Source: a plasmid. From it: a DNA stretch of 64,000 nucleotides. Position 1 is the stretch's first letter; each line of letters starts with the position of its first letter. The DNA lies in sequence record OW967251.1, one strand, 5' to 3'. This document shows positions 58,120-64,000 of this stretch, piece after piece. Both the position numbers and the translations under genes were made by a program. The notes under the pieces are model-generated. The model was not told where the DNA came from. It did not search any database and saw only the letters and a list, made by a program, of their open reading frames with translations.

Positions 58120-58680
58120 ATGACTGGACAGCGCATTGGGTATATCAGGGTCAGCACCTTCGACCAGAACCCGGAACGGCAACTGGAAGGCGTCAAGGTT
58201 GATCGCGCTTTTAGCGACAAGGCATCCGGCAAGGATGTCAAGCGTCCGCAACTGGAAGCGCTGATAAGCTTCGCCCGCACCGGCGACACCGTGGTGGTGC
58301 ATAGCATGGATCGCCTGGCGCGCAATCTCGATGATTTGCGCCGGATCGTGCAAACGCTGACACAACGCGGCGTGCATATCGAATTCGTCAAGGAACACCT
58401 CAGTTTTACTGGCGAAGACTCTCCGATGGCGAACCTGATGCTCTCGGTGATGGGCGCGTTCGCCGAGTTCGAGCGCGCCCTGATCCGCGAGCGTCAGCGC
58501 GAGGGTATTGCGCTCGCCAAGCAACGCGGGGCTTACCGTGGCAGGAAGAAATCCCTGTCGTCTGAGCGTATTGCCGAACTGCGCCAACGTGTCGAGGCTG
58601 GCGAGCAAAAGACCAAGCTTGCTCGTGAATTCGGAATCAGTCGCGAAACCCTGTATCAATACTTGAGAACGGATCAGTAA
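58120..58680 (+). CDS. tnpR: Tn21 resolvase TnpR (serine recombinase)
   Basis: [21 protein letters not shown]... with catalytic Ser. 186 aa. Confidence 0.9.
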   Translation: MTGQRIGYIRVSTFDQNPERQLEGVKVDRAFSDKASGKDVKRPQLEALISFARTGDTVVVHSMDRLARNLDDLRRIVQTLTQRGVHIEFVKEHLSFTGEDSPMANLMLSVMGAFAEFERALIRERQREGIALAKQRGAYRGRKKSLSSERIAELRQRVEAGEQKTKLAREFGISRETLYQYLRTDQ

Positions 58681-58682
58681 AT

Positions 58683-61649
58683 ATGCCACGTCGTTCCATC
58701 CTGTCCGCCGCCGAGCGGGAAAGCCTGCTGGCGTTGCCGGACTCCAAGGACGACCTGATCCGACATTACACATTCAACGATACCGACCTCTCGATCATCC
58801 GACAGCGGCGCGGGCCAGCCAATCGGCTGGGCTTCGCGGTGCAGCTCTGTTACCTGCGCTTTCCCGGCGTCATCCTGGGCGTCGATGAACTACCGTTCCC
58901 GCCCTTGTTGAAGCTGGTCGCCGACCAGCTCAAGGTCGGCGTCGAAAGCTGGAACGAGTACGGCCAGCGGGAGCAGACCCGGCGCGAGCACCTGAGCGAG
59001 CTGCAAACCGTGTTCGGTTTCCGGCCCTTCACCATGAGCCATTACCGGCAGGCCGTCCAGATGCTGACCGAGCTGGCGATGCAAACCGACAAAGGCATCG
59101 TGCTGGCCAGCGCCTTGATCGGGCACCTGCGGCGGCAGTCGGTCATTCTGCCCGCCCTCAACGCCGTCGAGCGGGCGAGTGCCGAGGCGATCACCCGTGC
59201 TAACCGGCGCATCTACGACGCCTTGGCCGAACCACTGGCGGACGCGCATCGCCGCCGCCTCGACGATCTGCTCAAGCGCCGGGACAACGGCAAGACGACC
59301 TGGTTGGCTTGGTTGCGCCAGTCTCCGGCCAAGCCAAATTCGCGGCATATGCTGGAACACATCGAACGCCTCAAGGCATGGCAGGCACTCGATCTGCCTA
59401 CCGGCATCGAGCGGCTGGTTCACCAGAACCGCCTGCTCAAGATTGCCCGCGAGGGCGGCCAGATGACACCCGCCGACCTGGCCAAATTCGAGCCGCAACG
59501 GCGCTACGCCACTCTCGTGGCGCTGGCCACCGAGGGCATGGCCACCGTCACCGACGAAATCATCGACCTGCACGACCGCATCCTGGGTAAGCTGTTTAAC
59601 GCTGCCAAGAATAAGCATCAGCAGCAGTTCCAGGCGTCAGGCAAGGCCATCAACGCCAAGGTACGTCTGTACGGGCGCATCGGTCAGGCGCTGATCGACG
59701 CCAAGCAATCAGGCCGCGATGCGTTTGCCGCCATCGAGGCCGTCATGTCCTGGGATTCCTTTGCCGAGAGCGTCACCGAGGCGCAGAAGCTCGCGCAACC
59801 CGATGACTTCGATTTCCTGCATCGCATCGGCGAGAGCTACGCCACCCTGCGCCGCTATGCACCGGAATTCCTTGCCGTGCTCAAGCTGCGGGCCGCGCCC
59901 GCCGCCAAAAACGTGCTTGATGCCATTGAGGTGCTGCGCGGCATGAACACCGACAACGCCCGCAAGCTGCCAGCCGATGCACCGACCGGCTTCATCAAGC
60001 CGCGCTGGCAGAAACTGGTGATGACCGACGCCGGCATCGACCGGCGCTACTACGAACTGTGCGCGCTGTCCGAGTTGAAGAACTCCCTGCGCTCGGGCGA
60101 CATCTGGGTGCAGGGTTCACGCCAGTTCAAGGACTTCGAGGACTACCTGGTACCGCCCGAGAAGTTCACCAGCCTCAAGCAGTCCAGCGAATTGCCGCTG
60201 GCCGTGGCCACCGACTGCGAACAATATCTGCATGAGCGGCTGACGCTGCTGGAAGCACAACTTGCCACCGTCAACCGCATGGCGGCAGCCAACGACCTGC
60301 CGGATGCCATCATCACCGAGTCGGGCTTGAAGATCACGCCGCTGGATGCGGCGGTGCCCGACACCGCGCAGGCGCTGATAGACCAGACAGCCATGGTCCT
60401 GCCGCACGTCAAGATCACCGAACTGCTGCTCGAAGTCGATGAGTGGACGGGCTTCACCCGGCACTTCACGCACTTGAAATCGGGCGATCTGGCCAAGGAC
60501 AAGAACCTGTTGTTGACCACGATCCTGGCCGACGCGATCAACCTGGGCCTGACCAAGATGGCCGAGTCCTGCCCCGGCACGACCTACGCGAAGCTCGCTT
60601 GGCTGCAAGCCTGGCATACCCGCGACGAAACGTACTCGACAGCGTTGGCTGAACTGGTCAACGCTCAGTTTCGGCATCCCTTTGCCGGGCACTGGGGCGA
60701 TGGCACCACATCATCATCGGACGGACAGAATTTCCGAACCGCTAGCAAGGCAAAGAGCACGGGGCACATCAACCCAAAATATGGCAGCAGCCCAGGACGG
60801 ACTTTCTACACCCACATCTCCGACCAATACGCGCCATTCCACACCAAGGTGGTCAATGTCGGCCTGCGCGACTCAACCTACGTGCTCGACGGCCTGCTGT
60901 ACCACGAATCCGACCTGCGGATCGAGGAGCACTACACCGACACGGCGGGCTTCACCGATCACGTCTTCGCCCTGATGCACCTCTTGGGCTTCCGCTTCGC
61001 GCCGCGCATCCGCGACCTGGGCGACACCAAGCTCTACATCCCGAAGGGCGATGCCGCCTATGACGCGCTCAAGCCGATGATCGGCGGCACGCTCAACATC
61101 AAGCACGTCCGCGCCCATTGGGACGAAATCCTGCGGCTGGCCACCTCGATCAAGCAGGGCACGGTGACGGCCTCGCTGATGCTCAGGAAACTCGGCAGCT
61201 ACCCGCGCCAGAACGGCTTGGCCGTCGCGCTGCGCGAGTTGGGCCGCATCGAGCGCACGCTGTTCATCCTCGACTGGCTGCAAAGCGTCGAGCTACGCCG
61301 CCGCGTGCATGCCGGGCTGAACAAGGGCGAGGCGCGCAATGCGCTGGCCCGTGCCGTGTTCTTCAACCGCCTTGGTGAAATCCGTGACCGCAGTTTCGAG
61401 CAGCAGCGCTACCGGGCCAGCGGCCTCAACCTGGTGACGGCGGCCATCGTGCTGTGGAACACGGTCTACCTGGAGCGTGCGGCGCATGCGTTGCGCGGCA
61501 ATGGTCATGCCGTCGATGACTCGCTATTGCAGTACCTGTCGCCACTCGGCTGGGAGCACATCAACCTGACCGGTGATTACCTATGGCGCAGCAGCGCCAA
61601 GATCGGCGCGGGGAAGTTCAGGCCGCTACGGCCTCTGCAACCGGCTTAG
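58683..61649 (+). CDS. tnpA: Tn21-type transposase TnpA
   Basis: 988 aa, [39 protein letters not shown]... DDE transposase of the Tn3 family. Its stop overlaps the terminal IR. Confidence 0.95.
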   Translation: MPRRSILSAAERESLLALPDSKDDLIRHYTFNDTDLSIIRQRRGPANRLGFAVQLCYLRFPGVILGVDELPFPPLLKLVADQLKVGVESWNEYGQREQTRREHLSELQTVFGFRPFTMSHYRQAVQMLTELAMQTDKGIVLASALIGHLRRQSVILPALNAVERASAEAITRANRRIYDALAEPLADAHRRRLDDLLKRRDNGKTTWLAWLRQSPAKPNSRHMLEHIERLKAWQALDLPTGIERLVHQNRLLKIAREGGQMTPADLAKFEPQRRYATLVALATEGMATVTDEIIDLHDRILGKLFNAAKNKHQQQFQASGKAINAKVRLYGRIGQALIDAKQSGRDAFAAIEAVMSWDSFAESVTEAQKLAQPDDFDFLHRIGESYATLRRYAPEFLAVLKLRAAPAAKNVLDAIEVLRGMNTDNARKLPADAPTGFIKPRWQKLVMTDAGIDRRYYELCALSELKNSLRSGDIWVQGSRQFKDFEDYLVPPEKFTSLKQSSELPLAVATDCEQYLHERLTLLEAQLATVNRMAAANDLPDAIITESGLKITPLDAAVPDTAQALIDQTAMVLPHVKITELLLEVDEWTGFTRHFTHLKSGDLAKDKNLLLTTILADAINLGLTKMAESCPGTTYAKLAWLQAWHTRDETYSTALAELVNAQFRHPFAGHWGDGTTSSSDGQNFRTASKAKSTGHINPKYGSSPGRTFYTHISDQYAPFHTKVVNVGLRDSTYVLDGLLYHESDLRIEEHYTDTAGFTDHVFALMHLLGFRFAPRIRDLGDTKLYIPKGDAAYDALKPMIGGTLNIKHVRAHWDEILRLATSIKQGTVTASLMLRKLGSYPRQNGLAVALRELGRIERTLFILDWLQSVELRRRVHAGLNKGEARNALARAVFFNRLGEIRDRSFEQQRYRASGLNLVTAAIVLWNTVYLERAAHALRGNGHAVDDSLLQYLSPLGWEHINLTGDYLWRSSAKIGAGKFRPLRPLQPA

Positions 61650-61682
61650 CGTGCTTTATTTTCCGTTTTCTGAGACGACCCC
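61645..61682. repeat. Tn21 38-bp terminal inverted repeat (IRtnp) CTTAGCGTGCTTTATTTTCCGTTTTCTGAGACGACCCC
   Basis: Reverse complement is GGGGTCGTCTCAGAAAACGGAAAATAAAGCACGCTAAG. Confidence 0.8.
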
Positions 61683-62093
61683 TATTATGGCGAAGGTATC
61701 ATTCAGGAAGCGTTGATGAAGGATTATCTCTGTAAAAAGTTATTCAACCGGCTTTCCGGTACCCTGGTGATCAGAGCGCGCTGCGGCAATAACATTACTG
61801 GCCTGGCATGTTGCAATATTCTTTATCCCTCGCCCCGATACAGCGGTCAGCTGCATATTAAAGAGCTGTATGTTTCTCAGTGCGATCGAAATAAGGGCAC
61901 GGGTAAAGCGATAATGCGCTTTATAGCCCGGCTTGCGCTTGAACAGGAATGCCTTAGCCTTAGCTGGAACGCTGAAAAATCCAACCCCGGCGCTAACCGT
62001 TTTTATCAGGCTCTGGGAGGCAGAATAAATGATCATATCGTCAATTATTACCTCCACGGGGAGAGCCTGAGCAAACTGGCCTCAGGCATTTGA
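61683..62093 (+). pseudogene. ybjA: GNAT acetyltransferase gene truncated at its 5' end by the Tn21 insertion (ybjA-like)
   Basis: C-terminal GNAT motifs (QLHIKELYVSQCDRNKGTGKAIMRFIARLA...NPGANRFYQALGG). The reading frame continues from the Tn21 IR. Confidence 0.5.
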
Positions 62094-62293
62094 GAAGCAC
62101 ACGGTCACACTGCTTCCGGTAGTCAATAAACCGGTAAACCAGCAATAGACATAAGCGGCTATTTAACGACCCTGCCCTGAACCGACGACCGGGTCGAATT
62201 TGCTTTCGAATTTCTGCCATTCATCCGCTTATTATCACTTATTCAGGCGTAGCAACCAGGCGTTTAAGGGCACCAATAACTGCCTTAAAAAAA

Positions 62294-62953
62294 TTACGCC
62301 CCGCCCTGCCACTCATCGCAGTACTGTTGTAATTCATTAAGCATTCTGCCGACATGGAAGCCATCACAAACGGCATGATGAACCTGAATCGCCAGCGGCA
62401 TCAGCACCTTGTCGCCTTGCGTATAATATTTGCCCATGGTGAAAACGGGGGCGAAGAAGTTGTCCATATTGGCCACGTTTAAATCAAAACTGGTGAAACT
62501 CACCCAGGGATTGGCTGAGACGAAAAACATATTCTCAATAAACCCTTTAGGGAAATAGGCCAGGTTTTCACCGTAACACGCCACATCTTGCGAATATATG
62601 TGTAGAAACTGCCGGAAATCGTCGTGGTATTCACTCCAGAGCGATGAAAACGTTTCAGTTTGCTCATGGAAAACGGTGTAACAAGGGTGAACACTATCCC
62701 ATATCACCAGCTCACCGTCTTTCATTGCCATACGGAATTCCGGATGAGCATTCATCAGGCGGGCAAGAATGTGAATAAAGGCCGGATAAAACTTGTGCTT
62801 ATTTTTCTTTACGGTCTTTAAAAAGGCCGTAATATCCAGCTGAACGGTCTGGTTATAGGTACATTGAGCAACTGACTGAAATGCCTCAAAATGTTCTTTA
62901 CGATGCCATTGGGATATATCAACGGTGGTATATCCAGTGATTTTTTTCTCCAT
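62294..62953 (-). CDS. catA1: chloramphenicol acetyltransferase CatA1
   Basis: 219 aa, [45 protein letters not shown]... Tn9-type CAT. Confidence 0.95.
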
Positions 62954-63231
62954 TTTAGCTTCCTTAGCTCCTGAAAATCTCGATAACTCAAAAAATACGC
63001 CCGGTAGTGATCTTATTTCATTATGGTGAAAGTTGGAACCTCTTACGTGCCGATCAACGTCTCATTTTCGCCAAAAGTTGGCCCAGGGCTTCCCGGTATC
63101 AACAGGGACACCAGGATTTATTTATTCTGCGAAGTGATCTTCCGTCACAGGTATTTATTCGGCGCAAAGTGCGTCGGGTGATGCTGCCAACTTACTGATT
63201 TAGTGTATGATGGTGTTTTTGAGGTGCTCCA

Positions 63232-63507
63232 GTGGCTTCTGTTTCTATCAGCTGTCCCTCCTGTTCAGCTACTGACGGGGTGGTGCGTAACGGCAAAAGC
63301 ACCGCCGGACATCAGCGCTATCTCTGCTCTCACTGCCGTAAAACATGGCAACTGCAGTTCACTTACACCGCTTCTCAACCCGGTACGCACCAGAAAATCA
63401 TTGATATGGCCATGAATGGCGTTGGATGCCGGGCAACCGCCCGCATTATGGGCGTTGGCCTCAACACGATTTTCCGCCATTTAAAAAACTCAGGCCGCAG
63501 TCGGTAA
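63232..63507 (+). CDS. insA: IS1 InsA
   Basis: [40 protein letters not shown]... Confidence 0.85.
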   Translation: MASVSISCPSCSATDGVVRNGKSTAGHQRYLCSHCRKTWQLQFTYTASQPGTHQKIIDMAMNGVGCRATARIMGVGLNTIFRHLKNSGRSR

Positions 63508-63929
63508 CCTCGCGCATACAGCCGGGCAGTGACGTCATCGTCTGCGCGGAAATGGACGAACAGTGGGGATACGTCGGGGCTAAATCGCGCCAGCGCTGGC
63601 TGTTTTACGCGTATGACAGGCTCCGGAAGACGGTTGTTGCGCACGTATTCGGTGAACGCACTATGGCGACGCTGGGGCGTCTTATGAGCCTGCTGTCACC
63701 CTTTGACGTGGTGATATGGATGACGGATGGCTGGCCGCTGTATGAATCCCGCCTGAAGGGAAAGCTGCACGTAATCAGCAAGCGATATACGCAGCGAATT
63801 GAGCGGCATAACCTGAATCTGAGGCAGCACCTGGCACGGCTGGGACGGAAGTCGCTGTCGTTCTCAAAATCGGTGGAGCTGCATGACAAAGTCATCGGGC
63901 ATTATCTGAACATAAAACACTATCAATAA
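63426..63929 (+). CDS. insB: IS1 InsB'
   Basis: Canonical InsB sequence, expressed by -1 frameshift from insA. Confidence 0.8.
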   Translation: MPGNRPHYGRWPQHDFPPFKKLRPQSVTSRIQPGSDVIVCAEMDEQWGYVGAKSRQRWLFYAYDRLRKTVVAHVFGERTMATLGRLMSLLSPFDVVIWMTDGWPLYESRLKGKLHVISKRYTQRIERHNLNLRQHLARLGRKSLSFSKSVELHDKVIGHYLNIKHYQ

Positions 63930-64000
63930 GTTGGAGTCATTACCCCTATACTGGATGACTCCACTTACTCGATGGAAACTCCTTGAGGAGTTGTCCTCTT

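Larger units (their letters stand above)
63177..63944 (+). mobile_element. IS1 (768 bp, canonical-type copy)
   Basis: IRL GGTGATGCTGCCAACTTACTGAT..., IRR ...ATCAATAAGTTGGAGTCATTACC, insA and insB'. Confidence 0.9.

Overview
This 64 kb window is a mosaic accessory region typical of a large Enterobacteriaceae (Klebsiella/E. coli-type) resistance plasmid. Left to right it contains the following blocks.

(1) The 3' part of the pco copper-resistance operon (pcoA' B C D R S E).
(2) An ISL3-family IS with a split transposase that truncates an aquaporin (MIP) gene.
(3) Two arsenic-resistance clusters arranged tail to tail. The first is non-canonical: arsR with C-terminal cysteines, arsH, an embedded ECF sigma factor with a Cys-containing tail, an arsD-like gene, a frameshifted arsA, and two ArsN1/PAT-like GNAT genes. 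The second is a canonical R773-type arsRDABC.
(4) An array of four regularly spaced palindromic repeats followed by a four-gene cluster of unknown function.
(5) Two identical IS5 copies in direct orientation bracketing about 13 kb. That segment holds a DUF1778/GNAT (TacAT-like) toxin-antitoxin pair, an IS1202-group-like transposase, an IS3-family IS, a fragment of the heat-resistance locus (orf1, hsp20, clpK, then a GGDEF remnant, psiE and an M48 peptidase), an IS66 remnant and an IS1-family element.
(6) A GC-rich ptxABCDE phosphite-oxidation operon bracketed by inverted, truncated copies of an IS5-family element.
(7) A multidrug-resistance region: IS26, a Tn3-family tnpA remnant, a truncated IS26, aph(3')-Ia, IS26, mph(A)-mrx-mphR(A), IS6100, IRt, padR-chrA, orf5 remnant, sul1, qacEdelta1, aadA2, gcuF, dfrA12, intI1 with a weak Pc promoter, IRi, then the Tn21 tnpM/res/tnpR/tnpA module inserted into ybjA next to catA1 and IS1 (an R100-like arrangement).

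No rRNA, tRNA or CRISPR arrays were seen. GC content shifts sharply between blocks: the pco, TA and IS regions are AT-rich, while the clpK, ptx and mph regions are GC-rich.

The items I consider most worth follow-up are the ECF sigma factor inside the atypical ars cluster, the repeat array plus the four-gene unknown cluster, and the IS-bracketed ptx operon.
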